From assembly GCA_029259715.1 (NCBI GenBank), contig JAJDEP010000003.1, positions 301,370 to 365,369 on the forward strand: 64,000 nucleotides of DNA, written 5' to 3'. Under the pieces are notes generated by a model. It ran no database searches. It saw nothing but the letters and a program-made list of their open reading frames with translations, and had not been told where the DNA came from. Position 1 is the first letter of the stretch; every line of letters begins with the position of its first letter. The translations under genes were made by a program, and so were the position numbers. Shown piece by piece: positions 45,673 to 57,580 of the stretch. The stretch comes from Planctomycetota bacterium (GTDB taxonomy: Bacteria; Planctomycetota; B15-G4).

Positions 45673-46815
45673 TCAGACGCCCGTGAAGCGGCCGATGGCC
45701 CGGTAGCGGGCATGCCGACCGGCCACCAACTCCTCGGGCGTGAGCCCCCCCAACTCGTCGAGGTGACGCTCGATGGCGCTGCCCAGGGTCTCCGCCATGG
45801 CATCCGGATCCCGATGCGCCCCTCCTGCGGGCTCGAGCAGCCGTTCGTCGGCCAGTCCGAGCTCCACCAGGAAGGCCGGATCGAGCCGCAGCGCGATGGC
45901 GGCGTCCTCGGCCCGTGAGCCATCCTTCCAGAGGATCGAAGCGCAGCCCTCGGGAGAGATCACCGAGTAGTACGAGTTCTCGAGCACGATCAGGCGGTCA
46001 CAGACCCCGATCCCCAGAGCACCGCCGCTGCCGCCCTCGCCGATGACGGCGCTCACCACCGGCACCTTCAGGCGCGCCATCTCGAAGATGTTCCACGCGA
46101 TGGCCGAGGCCTGGCCCCGTTCCTCCGCCCCGATCCCGGGGTAGGCCCCGGGCGTGTTGATCAGCGTGATGATGGGCAGACCCAACCGCTCGGCCAGCTT
46201 CATGCAGCGCATGGCCTTGCGGTAGCCCTCGGGATGGGCACAACCCCAGTTGCACGCGATGCGCTCCGCGGTCGACTTGCCCTTGCGATGGGCCACCAGC
46301 ATGACCCGCCGGCCGCTCCGCTGAGAGGTGGCGAAGGCCACCAGGATCGCCCGGTCGTCGGCGTAGTGGCGATCGCCGTGAAGCTCGATGACGTCGTTGA
46401 AGAGCCTCTCGACGTAGTCCCCCGTCACCGGGCGCTCGACGTGCCGGCTGAGTTGCACCCGCTGCCAGACCGTGAGCTGCGACTGCATTTCGGCCAGGGC
46501 CTGGTCGCGCTCGCCGATCAAGGCCGCGATCTCCGGCGTGTCGACCAGCTCGGCCACCGGTTCGGGCAGACTTTCGGCCGCGTCCTTCCGGGCGGCACTC
46601 CCCTTGCCCTTGGCCTTGCCTTTGGCCTTGGAACCCTTCTTGGCCTCCTTGCGAGACTCCTCGGCCTGGACCTTGGCCGCCTTGGTGGCGGCCTCCTCGG
46701 CAGCCTCCCGAGCCTCCGCCCGCAGTCCCTCGATCTTGAGATCGAGTTCCCGCACGGGTCGCTCGAACGCCAGGGCGTTCTTGAGCGGGTCGACCTTGGA
46801 GCGCGACAACGCCAT
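45673..46815 (-). CDS. accA: acetyl-CoA carboxylase carboxyltransferase alpha subunit with Lys/Ala-rich N-terminal insertion
   Basis: 380 aa. AccA core is LAERLGLPIITLINTPGAYPGIGAEERGQ...VIGEGGSGGALGIG. About 55-aa insertion (AKVQAEESRKEAKKGSKAKGKAKGKGSAARKDAAE) after the N-terminal helix. Confidence 0.85.
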   Translation of the reverse strand: MALSRSKVDPLKNALAFERPVRELDLKIEGLRAEAREAAEEAATKAAKVQAEESRKEAKKGSKAKGKAKGKGSAARKDAAESLPEPVAELVDTPEIAALIGERDQALAEMQSQLTVWQRVQLSRHVERPVTGDYVERLFNDVIELHGDRHYADDRAILVAFATSQRSGRRVMLVAHRKGKSTAERIACNWGCAHPEGYRKAMRCMKLAERLGLPIITLINTPGAYPGIGAEERGQASAIAWNIFEMARLKVPVVSAVIGEGGSGGALGIGVCDRLIVLENSYYSVISPEGCASILWKDGSRAEDAAIALRLDPAFLVELGLADERLLEPAGGAHRDPDAMAETLGSAIERHLDELGGLTPEELVAGRHARYRAIGRFTGV

Positions 46816-46966
46816 GACGCGGAATCCTACCCTTCGCCGTCCGGCCGGCGCACCCTCCGGCGCGCCCCACTTCTCGCCGCCTCCCCGGGACCCCGAACAC
46901 AGCCCGTGCGCCCTGCCAACGGGACGGGCCGTTCGCTAGCATGGTCGACTTCCTCCAAGGGCCCCG

Positions 46967-49882
46967 ATGACGCACCAGGCTTTCTGCATCGAGGTCGGCA
47001 TTCGTCCCGACCGCTCTGACGTGCGCGCCGCCCGACTGCTCGCACAGGCCGATGAGGCCGGGCTCACCCTCGGGGGAGACCTGAGCACGGCCACCGGCTA
47101 TTCCCTGCGCCTGGCCGGTGGAGAGGACGACGCTCGACGGCTCGCCCGCGAGGTCCTCGCCGATCCGGTCATGAACACCGTGCGGATCTTCCGCCCCGAG
47201 GACGATCCGCGTCCGTCGGAGGGGCGCCGCATCGAGGTGGTCCGGCGCCCGGGCGTGATGGACCCCGTCTCCCAGAGCGTCGTACGCGCGGCGGCCAGCC
47301 TGGGTCTGACCATCACAGACGTGAGGAGCTGGGACGCCTATCTCGTGCCCGCCTCGACGGCCGACGACGTCGTCGACGAACTCGGCCGCACGCTGTTGGC
47401 CAACACGGCCATCGAAGAGGTGCGCGTCGACCCCGAGCAAGGCATCGCCCCCGTCGCCGAGCTCCCGGACGCGCCCTTTGTCCTGCGCCACGTGCCCCTG
47501 CGCGAGGCGCCTGCCGAGGAACTGCGCCGACTGAGCGAACAAGGTTGCCTGGCCCTCGACGGCGAGGAGATGGCCACCATCCAGGGACACTTCGTCGCGC
47601 TGGGTCGTGATCCCACGGACATCGAGCTCGAGACCATCGCGCAGACCTGGTCCGAGCACTGCAAGCACAAGACGCTCACCGGCCTCGTCGAGTACGAGGG
47701 CGAGACACTCGACAACCTGCTGAAGTCGACCATCGCCCGCGCCACCCACGAGCTCGACCGGGAATTCTGCCGCTCGGTCTTCGTCGACAACGCCGGGGTC
47801 GTGGCCTTCGACGACGAGCACCACCTGACCTACAAGGTCGAGACCCACAACCACCCCTCGGCCATCGAGCCCTACGGCGGCGCGGGGACCGGCATGGGCG
47901 GCGTCCTGCGCGACACCATGGGCACAGGACTCGGGGCGCGCCCCATCGTCTCGACGGACGTCTTCTGTTTCGGCCCCCCGGACCTGCCGCTCGACGCGGT
48001 GCCCAAGGGCTGCCTGCATCCGCGGCGCATCATGCGCGGCGTGGTGTCGGGAGTGCGCGATTACGGCAACCGCATGGGAATACCCACCGCAGCAGGAGCC
48101 CTGTGCTTCGACGAACGCTACGTCGGCAACCCGCTCGTGTACTGCGGCAGCGTCGGCCTGCTGCCCGTCGACCGGCTCGAGAAGGTCACGCTCCCGGGCG
48201 ACCTGATCCTGCTCGCGGGCGGACGCACCGGCCGCGACGGCATCCACGGCGCCACGTTCAGCAGCCTCGAGCTCCATGACGAGAGCGAGACGGTCTCATC
48301 CGGGGCGGTGCAGATCGGCAACGCCATCGAGGAAAAGAAGGTCCTCGACGCCATGCTCACCGCGCGCGACCAGGGACTCTACCGCTGCGTGACCGATTGC
48401 GGCGCCGGCGGACTCTCCTCCGCCGTCGGCGAGATGGGCGAGACCACCGGCGCGCACGTCGTGCTCGACACCGTGCCCCTCAAATACCACGGCCTCACCC
48501 ACGACGAGATCTGGATCTCCGAGGCGCAGGAGCGGATGGTCTACGCCGTCCCGCCCGAGCATCGCGAGGCCATTCTCGCGGTGTTCGCCGCCGAGGACGT
48601 CGAAGCCACCATCATCGGGGAGTTCAACGACAGCGGGCAGCTCACCGCCGAGTTCCACGGCGAACCGGTCATGGACCTGTCCATGCAGTTCCTGCACGAC
48701 GGCCTGCCCCGCCAGACCCGCAAGGCCGTGCGTCGCCGCCGCGACCTGCACGACCCGACACCGCTCGCCGCCGACGATGTCGCGGCCATGCTGCCCGCGC
48801 TGCTCGCCCATCCCAACGTCGCCAGCAAGGCCTGGGTCATCCGCCAATACGATCACGAGGTCCAGGCCGGGTCGGTGGTCAAGCCGCTGGTCGGTCCCGG
48901 GCACGACGGCCCGGGCGACGGCGCCGTGATCGCGCCGGTGCTCGGCTCCCGCCGCGGCTTCGCCCTGGGCTGCGGCATCAACCCGAACCTGGGCGACGTC
49001 GACCCCTACCAGATGGCCTTGCACGCCATCGACGAGGCCATGCGCAACGTCGTCGTGCTCGGCGCCGACCCCGACCAGGTCTCCATCCTCGACAACTTCT
49101 CCTGGGGCAACTGCGAGAAGCCGGAGAATCTCGGCGACCTCGTCGAAGCCTGCCGCGCCTGCTACGACGGCGCCATGGCCTTCCGCACGCCGTTCATCTC
49201 GGGCAAGGACAGCCTGAACAACGACTATCGCGTGGGCAACGAGAGCCGCTCCATCCCGCCCACGCTGCTCATCTCGGCACTTGGCATCGTCCCCGACGTC
49301 GGCAACGCCATGACCATGGACCTCAAGGCGCCCGGGCACGCCCTGCTGCTGGTCGGCGCGACCGGGCCGCACCTCGGTGGCAGCCTGCTGGCGCAACACG
49401 GCGGCGCCCTGGGGCGGACGGTGCCGCCCGTCGACCTCACGGCCGCTCCCGCTGTCCTCGTCGCCATCCACGCATTGATCAACGCCGGCCTGCTGCACGC
49501 CTGCCACGACCTCTCCGAGGGCGGGCTGGCTGTCGCGGCGGCCGAGTGCGCCTTCGCCGGCGACGTGGGCGCCGAGATCGACGCCGCCGCCCTGACCCTC
49601 GACGGGGACGACCTTTCCCTCGGGGCCCGGCTCTTCGGCGAGACGCCCACGCGCTTCCTCATGGAAGTGGACGAGGCGGACCTGCCGGCGGTCACCGCGG
49701 CTCTCGGCGCGATCCCCTGGTCGCGCGTCGGCACGACTACGCCCGACTCCGTCTTCGTCATCCGGGACGGCGACACCGAAGTCGCCCGCTGGCCGCTCAC
49801 CGTGCTCAAGGCCGCCTTCACCGCGACCCTCGACCTCGACCATGAACTCGAGGCGAACAACGGCGCGGGAGACGCGGCATGA
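46967..49882 (+). CDS. purL: phosphoribosylformylglycinamidine synthase subunit PurL with two N-terminal PurS-like domains (PurS-PurS-PurL fusion)
   Basis: 971 aa. PurL core runs from about residue 200 (ELETIAQTWSEHCKHKT...; AIR-synthase-related domains). N-terminal 2 x approx. 85-aa PurS-like modules (ARRLAREVLADPVMNTVRIF; TLLANTAIEEVRVD). Confidence 0.85.
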   Translation: MTHQAFCIEVGIRPDRSDVRAARLLAQADEAGLTLGGDLSTATGYSLRLAGGEDDARRLAREVLADPVMNTVRIFRPEDDPRPSEGRRIEVVRRPGVMDPVSQSVVRAAASLGLTITDVRSWDAYLVPASTADDVVDELGRTLLANTAIEEVRVDPEQGIAPVAELPDAPFVLRHVPLREAPAEELRRLSEQGCLALDGEEMATIQGHFVALGRDPTDIELETIAQTWSEHCKHKTLTGLVEYEGETLDNLLKSTIARATHELDREFCRSVFVDNAGVVAFDDEHHLTYKVETHNHPSAIEPYGGAGTGMGGVLRDTMGTGLGARPIVSTDVFCFGPPDLPLDAVPKGCLHPRRIMRGVVSGVRDYGNRMGIPTAAGALCFDERYVGNPLVYCGSVGLLPVDRLEKVTLPGDLILLAGGRTGRDGIHGATFSSLELHDESETVSSGAVQIGNAIEEKKVLDAMLTARDQGLYRCVTDCGAGGLSSAVGEMGETTGAHVVLDTVPLKYHGLTHDEIWISEAQERMVYAVPPEHREAILAVFAAEDVEATIIGEFNDSGQLTAEFHGEPVMDLSMQFLHDGLPRQTRKAVRRRRDLHDPTPLAADDVAAMLPALLAHPNVASKAWVIRQYDHEVQAGSVVKPLVGPGHDGPGDGAVIAPVLGSRRGFALGCGINPNLGDVDPYQMALHAIDEAMRNVVVLGADPDQVSILDNFSWGNCEKPENLGDLVEACRACYDGAMAFRTPFISGKDSLNNDYRVGNESRSIPPTLLISALGIVPDVGNAMTMDLKAPGHALLLVGATGPHLGGSLLAQHGGALGRTVPPVDLTAAPAVLVAIHALINAGLLHACHDLSEGGLAVAAAECAFAGDVGAEIDAAALTLDGDDLSLGARLFGETPTRFLMEVDEADLPAVTAALGAIPWSRVGTTTPDSVFVIRDGDTEVARWPLTVLKAAFTATLDLDHELEANNGAGDAA

Positions 49883-50676
49883 CCACGCCCTCCGTGCTCG
49901 TCCTGCGCGCCGCCGGCACCAACTGCGACCGCGAGACCGGTTACGCGTTCGAGCTGTTCGGCGCCCGCTCCGAGACCTTCCACATCAACCGTCTGCTGGA
50001 CGACCCGGCGCTGCTCGAGCGCCATCACGTCCTGGCGGTGCCGGGAGGGTTCGCCTACGGCGACGACGTCGGGGCCGGCGCCGTGATGGCCTGTGAGATG
50101 CGCGGCCGCCTGGGCGAGCCGCTGGTCCGCTTCGTCGAGCAGGGCGGGCTCGTGCTCGGCATCTGCAACGGCTTCCAGGTGCTCGTGCGGCTCGGCTTGC
50201 TGCCCGGCCTCAGCGCCCCGCTCGGCGCACGGGAGATGAGCCTGACCGACAACCGCTCGCACAAGTACGAGGACCGCTGGGTCGACCTGTCCGTCACCAG
50301 CCGCCGCTCAGTGTTCGTGGGCGACATCGAGTCACTGCACGTGCCGGTGGCCCACGCCGAGGGCCGCTTGGTGTGCCTCGACGACGATGTCCGGCGTCAG
50401 CTGATCGACGACGACCGCGTGGTCTTCCGCTATGCCGACGAGACGGGCGCCCCCACCCAGGACTATCCCGACAACCCCAACGGCAGCGTCGACGCCATCG
50501 CCGGCCTCACCGACGCCAGCGGACGCGTGCTGGGCCTGATGCCCCACCCCGAGCGGGCGCTGTTCGGCTTCCACGTCCCCACCTGGACCCGGAACCGCAA
50601 CGGCTCGGTCCCCGACCTCGGCCCCGGCGCCGCCCTCTTCCGCAACGCTTGCGACTGGGTGCGCGCCAACCGCTGA
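49879..50676 (+). CDS. purQ: phosphoribosylformylglycinamidine synthase I (glutaminase subunit)
   Basis: 265 aa. Class-I GATase (GICNGFQVL Cys nucleophile, HPE). ATGA overlap with purL. Confidence 0.9.
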   Translation: MTTPSVLVLRAAGTNCDRETGYAFELFGARSETFHINRLLDDPALLERHHVLAVPGGFAYGDDVGAGAVMACEMRGRLGEPLVRFVEQGGLVLGICNGFQVLVRLGLLPGLSAPLGAREMSLTDNRSHKYEDRWVDLSVTSRRSVFVGDIESLHVPVAHAEGRLVCLDDDVRRQLIDDDRVVFRYADETGAPTQDYPDNPNGSVDAIAGLTDASGRVLGLMPHPERALFGFHVPTWTRNRNGSVPDLGPGAALFRNACDWVRANR

Positions 50677-50682
50677 CGGCCG

Positions 50683-51822
50683 TCAGCCGCAGCAGTGCTC
50701 GATGGCGTCGGCGTAGAACGCCACGCCCTGCTCGAGTTCATCGAAGCCGATGGACTCGTCGACGGTGTGCGCCTGCTCGATGGCTCCCGGCCCGCAGACG
50801 ATGGTGGGCAACGAGAGCCCGTCCCGATAGAGCTCCGCCTCGGTGTAGAACGACACGAGCCCTCCGGTGAGTCCCGTGCGCGCCGTCGCCCACGTCACGA
50901 ACGCATCGGAGTCGGACTGGTCGAACGCCGGCAGGGCCCGGGGCCAGTCGAGGCGACCCTCCACGCCGTCGCAACCGGCACAGGCCCGCTCGAGACACGC
51001 CTGCACCGCACGGCGCAACGCCTCGTGGTCGGTGCCGGGCACCGGCCGCCACTCGAGGCTGACCCGCGAACGATCGGGCACCATGTTGGTCCCGAGGCCC
51101 GACGTCACCAGTCCCGTGTTGAGCGTCGTGCACGGTGGATCGTGCCGACTCCCCGCCGGGGCCTCGACCCGCAACTGTTCGCGCAGGGCGTGCAGCTCCA
51201 CCAGCAAGCGGCCCAGGGCCACCGAGGTGTCCGCGCCATCCCAGGGGTTGCTGCTGTGGGCCGGGGCCCCGCCCAGGTCGATCCAGGCGACGGCGTAGCC
51301 CTTGTGACCCACGATGGGTCGCAGCCCCGTCGGCTCCCCCACGATGCACACGCCCCCCGTCAGGTCGCCGAGAGCCCGGTTGTCCGCCGTGAGCTGCAGC
51401 GCGCCGTGACAGCCGATCTCCTCGGCGTAGGTAAAGGCCAGCACGAGCGGGCGCTTCAGCGTCTCGCAGCATGCCGCCGCCGCCTCGATCTGGGCGGACA
51501 GCGGCCCCTTCATGTCGCATGCTCCGCGGCCGAAGAGACGCCGCCCGTCGCGCTCGGGCTGCGTGGTGGCGCGAAAGTCCTGCTGCCAGGGGACGGTGTC
51601 GACGTGCCCGGCCAGCAGCAGGCCCGCCGGCCCGGCCCCGCCGAAACGCGCCACGAGATTGTGCTGCGCGAGCCCGTCGAGTTCGGCCGACTGGACGGCC
51701 ACGTCGGCCCCCAGCGCCCGCAGCTCCTCGCGCAGCAGGTCGACGGCCGGCCCGGTCGAGCACCCCGGCGCCGTGTCGACGGCGACCAGTCGCTCGGTGC
51801 GTGTCACGACGTCGCGAGCCAT
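50683..51822 (-). CDS. M20 family metallo-hydrolase (acetylornithine deacetylase ArgE-like)
   Basis: 379 aa. M20 metal ligands (AGHVDTV, GACDMKG, EEIGCHG). Confidence 0.75.
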   Translation of the reverse strand: MARDVVTRTERLVAVDTAPGCSTGPAVDLLREELRALGADVAVQSAELDGLAQHNLVARFGGAGPAGLLLAGHVDTVPWQQDFRATTQPERDGRRLFGRGACDMKGPLSAQIEAAAACCETLKRPLVLAFTYAEEIGCHGALQLTADNRALGDLTGGVCIVGEPTGLRPIVGHKGYAVAWIDLGGAPAHSSNPWDGADTSVALGRLLVELHALREQLRVEAPAGSRHDPPCTTLNTGLVTSGLGTNMVPDRSRVSLEWRPVPGTDHEALRRAVQACLERACAGCDGVEGRLDWPRALPAFDQSDSDAFVTWATARTGLTGGLVSFYTEAELYRDGLSLPTIVCGPGAIEQAHTVDESIGFDELEQGVAFYADAIEHCCG

Positions 51823-51956
51823 GACGGGATCTTATGCCAACCCACGTCCCGTGCACCCGCCCCGAAAAAGGCACGGGCCCGGGCCGCCGTCGCGACCCGG
51901 GCCCGAGCGGCGCGCCCCGGGGGGAAGGGCGCGCTTCGGGGAGGAGGAGAGGGGGA

Positions 51957-53083
51957 CTACTTCATGACCTGGCTGATGGCGAACATCGGCATGATCAGAC
52001 TCGAGACGATCAGCGCGACGACGGCGCCCATCAGGATGGTCATGGTCGGTTCGATGGTCGCGACGAACGCCTTGATGGCCGACTCGACCTTCTTCTCGTG
52101 GTGATGGCTGATCTTGCCCAGCACCTCGGGCAGCGTTCCCGAGCGCTCACCGAGGGACAGCATGGCGGTCTCGGCCGGCGGGACCAGCGGGTTGTCGACC
52201 AGACTCGCCGACAGGTCGCCGCCATTCTGGACGTCCTCGCGCGAACGCGACCACAGCTTGCGGTACTCGTTGTTGCCCGAGACCGCCGACGCGATCTGCA
52301 GCGCCTCGAGGACGTTCAGGCCGGCGTTCAGCATCACGCCGAGCACGTGGAAGGCCCGCGACAGGGCGACCGCCCGGATCAGACCGCCGAAGGCAGGCAC
52401 CTTGAGCACCACGGGGTCGCAGATCTCGCGCCCCTTCTGCGAGCGCAACGTCAGGAAAAGCGTCGCGAACGTGCCGAGCGCCGCGGGCGCCAGCCAGGCA
52501 CCGTGCTCGATCATGAAGTCCGAGAGGGCCATGAAGAATTTGGTCGGGCCGGGCAGCTTGCTCGGGTCCTTCTCGAACAGCACGGCGAACTTCGGGAACA
52601 CGTTGACGAGCAGGAAGATCACCACGCCGACGGCGAGGACGGCCATGAAGGCCGGGTAGGCCATCGCGCCCTTCACCTTCTTGCGGGTGCTGATGTCGCG
52701 CTCCATGAACTCGGCAACCTTGCCGAGCATGTTGCCGAGGTCGCCGGTCATCTCGCCGGCGCGCACGAGCGCCAAGGCCACCGGAGAGAACGCCCAGCTG
52801 TGATAGGACATCGCCACCGAAAGGGGCTTGCCCTCCTCGACGTTGTGCCGGATGTTGCCAACGAATCGCGCCAGGTGCGGCGTGCCCGACTGCTTCTCGA
52901 GCACTTCGAGCGCGGCCGAGAGGTTCAGGCCCGTGTCGAACATGATCGAGAGCTGCGTCACGACCTCGAGGATCTGCTGCGGCGGCACCTGCATCTTCTT
53001 GACCGCCAGGTCCATGCGCTGCTTCAGGTCTGCAAAGGCGGACGCCCGGTGCTCCGGCGCAACGGCTTCTTCGGCTGCCATGT

Positions 53084-53087
<4 letters not shown>
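51957..53087 (-). CDS. type II secretion / type IV pilus inner-membrane platform protein (GspF/PilC family)
   Basis: 376 aa. Two GspF repeats (ALSYPAF/AMAYPAFMAV..., LxxAGxxxGxL motifs VRAGEMTGDLGNML and SLGERSGTLPEVL). ATGA overlap with the ATPase gene. Confidence 0.85.
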
Positions 53088-54792
<1,705 letters not shown>

Positions 54793-54796
<4 letters not shown>

Positions 54797-55197
54797 GCCT
54801 TGTCCTCGCTCGAGGCCGGATCGGTGTCGCCGTCCGCGGCCGGGTCCGTCGGAGCCAGCGCTTCGACCGCGTCCTTGGCGGCACCCGGCTTGGACCCCTT
54901 CGCCGTGGGCATCGGCGCCTGCTCCGCGATCTCGAGGCGCTCCTGGAGACCCGTGATGGAAAGCGCCGTCATCAGCACCTCGGACGGCTCGATGATCAGG
55001 AACGACAGCCCGCGCGTCTTGGCGAGCTCGTTGAACTCGAGCAGCCCTTCGAGGCTCTGGCTGTCGAACTCGACGACCCGCGAGGCATCCATCTGGATGG
55101 ACGTCACACCGCGACTGATTTGTTCGGAGATGGTGGCCGCGAGGTCGGTGATGACACCGTGGGCCAGACTTCTCCCTCCTTCGATGCGTTGAATCAT
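54793..55197 (-). CDS. STAS-domain protein (anti-sigma-factor-antagonist fold) embedded in the secretion operon
   Basis: 134 aa. The approx. 100-aa core (VVEFDSQSLEGLLEFNELAKTRGLSFLIIEPSEVLMTALSITGLQERLEIAE) is STAS-like, with a C-terminal acidic tail. 4-bp overlap with the ATPase start. Confidence 0.65.
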
Positions 55198-55211
55198 GGT
55201 TCCCCCGAAGT

Positions 55212-56840
55212 TCAGCGGCCGCCGTTCATGGCGTCACGTGCGTCGATGGCCGCGTCGATCTCCATCGACAGCTCGATCAGTCCTTCGTGGAGCGGATCGA
55301 GGATCATGGCGCGGTCGGCCAGCAGGCGGGCCTCGCCGGCCTGCCCCGCCGCCAGGGCGGTGACCGCATCGCGCATCAGGTTGGTGGCGTAGACCGTGCG
55401 CGAGAGCGGACCGAAGGTCTCGCGGAACTCGGCCTGGTCGCGCTCGTGTTCATCGACGATCTCGGCACCGGTCTGGCCGTTGCTGTTGGAGTGCATGCGG
55501 CCGTGCTCGAGGATGTGCGGAGTGAGCACGATCACGATCTCGCGCCGCAGGACCGCGGTCTTCTCGGACTTGAACAGGTACTCGAGGCCGGGCAGGTAAC
55601 CGAGGATCGGGACCCGCGACGTCGTGTTCACGTCGGACGTCTCGATCAGACCGCCGATGACCACCGTCTCGCCGTCGCGGACCATGACGTTGGTGGTGAC
55701 CTCCGCCGTGGTCTCCGAGGGCAGGCCGGTGTTGACGTCGACCTTGCCATCGCTGCGCTCGGGGTGGATCTCGAGGCGCACGAAACCGTCATCGCCGATG
55801 AAGGGCCGGAAGCGCAGCTGGGTGCCGGTCTCCAGGAACTCGACCGTCTGCTGGCTGATGCCGTCGCTGACCGTCGTGCCACCGAAGTAGCCCAGGCGAC
55901 CGCCGATGATGATCTCGGCGCGCTGCTTGTTGAGCGCCAGCACCTTGGTGTTGGCCAGGACGTTGGTGTCGACGATGCTCTGCAGCGCCTCGATGAAGAT
56001 CGAGACCTTGCTGCCGATGTAGCCGATGCGCAGGCCGTCACTGGTCGGGTCGGTGAAGCCGGACTGCGATCCCGTGTAGGTCGTGCTCGGCGCCAGGCTG
56101 GTCCCTGAGAAGACGTCCTTGGTGGCGTCCAAGCTCGAGAAGTTCGAGAACTGGGCGTTGGCCAGCAGGTTGAAGTCGACGCCCCACTTGTTGGTCTCGT
56201 CGAGGGTGACCTCGAGGATGGTGGCTTCGACCAGCACCTGCCGCGGCATGACGTCGAAGTCGGCGACCAGGCGGATCATGGTGTCGACCACGTCCTGGTT
56301 GTCGATGATCAGCAGGGTCTCCTGCCCCGTCGAGTTGTCGCCGCCGGCTTCGTCACCGCCACTGGGGATGCCGACGCCGGACTGCTCGGAGATGACGATG
56401 CGGCCGTTGGCCGACAGCATCGGCAACATGAAGGCTTCGAGCTCTCGGGCCGTGCGGTAGTTCGGCCGGAAGATGTGCTCGGTGAGCGGACGCTCGAGCA
56501 GGTCGAGGTCGTCGATGCTGAAGATCATGTAGACCTTCCCATCGAACGTCCAACCGTAGCCCAGCGGGGTCAGGCACCAGTCGAGGGCTTCCTCGAGCGT
56601 GGCGTCGTAGAAGTTCGCCGTCACGGACGAGTTCGTATCGACGCCGGCGACGATATTGACCCGCTCCGAGACGGAGAGCAGTTCAAGCACGTTGCTGAGC
56701 GGCTCGTTCCGGACATTGAGGGTGATCCCTTCGTCACCATCCTGATCGTCGAAGGCGACGGCCGGGACAGCGGTGGAAAGAACCAGCAGTGCGATAAGGC
56801 AAGAGCGAAGCATGGGCTTGGGTCCGGCGGAGGCGGTCAA
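55212..56840 (-). CDS. secretin (GspD/PilQ family) outer-membrane channel
   Basis: 542 aa. Signal peptide, N0/N1-like domains, secretin core (VLANTKVLALNKQRAEIIIGGRLGYFGG...VPILGYLPGLEYLFKSEKTAVLRREIVIVLTPHIL). About 90-aa C-terminal helical extension. Confidence 0.9.
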   Translation of the reverse strand: MTASAGPKPMLRSCLIALLVLSTAVPAVAFDDQDGDEGITLNVRNEPLSNVLELLSVSERVNIVAGVDTNSSVTANFYDATLEEALDWCLTPLGYGWTFDGKVYMIFSIDDLDLLERPLTEHIFRPNYRTARELEAFMLPMLSANGRIVISEQSGVGIPSGGDEAGGDNSTGQETLLIIDNQDVVDTMIRLVADFDVMPRQVLVEATILEVTLDETNKWGVDFNLLANAQFSNFSSLDATKDVFSGTSLAPSTTYTGSQSGFTDPTSDGLRIGYIGSKVSIFIEALQSIVDTNVLANTKVLALNKQRAEIIIGGRLGYFGGTTVSDGISQQTVEFLETGTQLRFRPFIGDDGFVRLEIHPERSDGKVDVNTGLPSETTAEVTTNVMVRDGETVVIGGLIETSDVNTTSRVPILGYLPGLEYLFKSEKTAVLRREIVIVLTPHILEHGRMHSNSNGQTGAEIVDEHERDQAEFRETFGPLSRTVYATNLMRDAVTALAAGQAGEARLLADRAMILDPLHEGLIELSMEIDAAIDARDAMNGGR

Positions 56841-57580
56841 TGGCTATCGACTTCGGCCGTGGGGCCGCTTGAGAGGGTGAACGGATCGGCGAACAGAGCG
56901 TCGGCCTGTAGCGCATCCGGAATCATGGTGTCGGTGTCATGCACGCCGTCCGGGAGGATGTCCCCGACCACGGGCGGTGAGTCGATGCGGCCATACAGGA
57001 CCGGCATCTCTACGGTGTGGATGTCCTGGCTGGGCGAGCGCAGCACGATGGTGCGCTCACGGATCTCCTCCAGGTTCCAGCCCTGGATCGAGTCCCCCAC
57101 GAAGTGCATGCGGCCATCGATGACGGCCACCGGGAGACGCTGGGAAGCGAGCGTGGCCGAGAGGTTGATCGACGGCGGTTGCAGCTTGACGTCGATCTCC
57201 TGCACCTCCGTCGGCGTGCTCCAGAACGCAGAGAACGGGTCGCTCTCGAGCTCGGCTCCGTCTTCGGTCCCTCCTTCGGAGTCGTCGTCGGCTCCGAATT
57301 CGGCGAGGGGGCGACTGAGGACCGGGTTGGCCTCGATGACGACGGGGACGAGGTCCACGCCGCTGCTCTCGGTGGCATCCTCGGTCATGGCCTGGGCGAC
57401 CCCGCTCTTGGGCTGGGCCACGATGGGCGTCTCGTCGCTGCTGAACTGCGAGGAGATCACGAGACCCAGGACGGCGGTGAGGCTGCCCAGCACGATCAGC
57501 TGACGGCGCTGCTTCTTGCCAGCCTTCACCCTCAGCTGTTCGCTGATCGAACCCGGCTTGTCCTTCTCGGCAGTCTTCAA
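56837..57580 (-). CDS. PilP/GspC-like secretin-interacting protein (single TM)
   Basis: About 248 aa. Start uncertain: TTG 57580 overlaps the upstream stop; ATG 57673 would overlap by 97 bp. TM is LIVLGSLTAVLGLVISS, followed by an acidic linker. C-terminal block PVAVIDGRMHFVGDSIQGWNLEEIRERTIVLR resembles the PilP/GspC HR domain. Confidence 0.55.
   Translation of the reverse strand: MKTAEKDKPGSISEQLRVKAGKKQRRQLIVLGSLTAVLGLVISSQFSSDETPIVAQPKSGVAQAMTEDATESSGVDLVPVVIEANPVLSRPLAEFGADDDSEGGTEDGAELESDPFSAFWSTPTEVQEIDVKLQPPSINLSATLASQRLPVAVIDGRMHFVGDSIQGWNLEEIRERTIVLRSPSQDIHTVEMPVLYGRIDSPPVVGDILPDGVHDTDTMIPDALQADALFADPFTLSSGPTAEVDSH

Noticed and set aside
45998-48277. 759-aa minus ORF antisense to accA and purL.
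   Set aside because: It spans two oppositely oriented real genes with no motifs.
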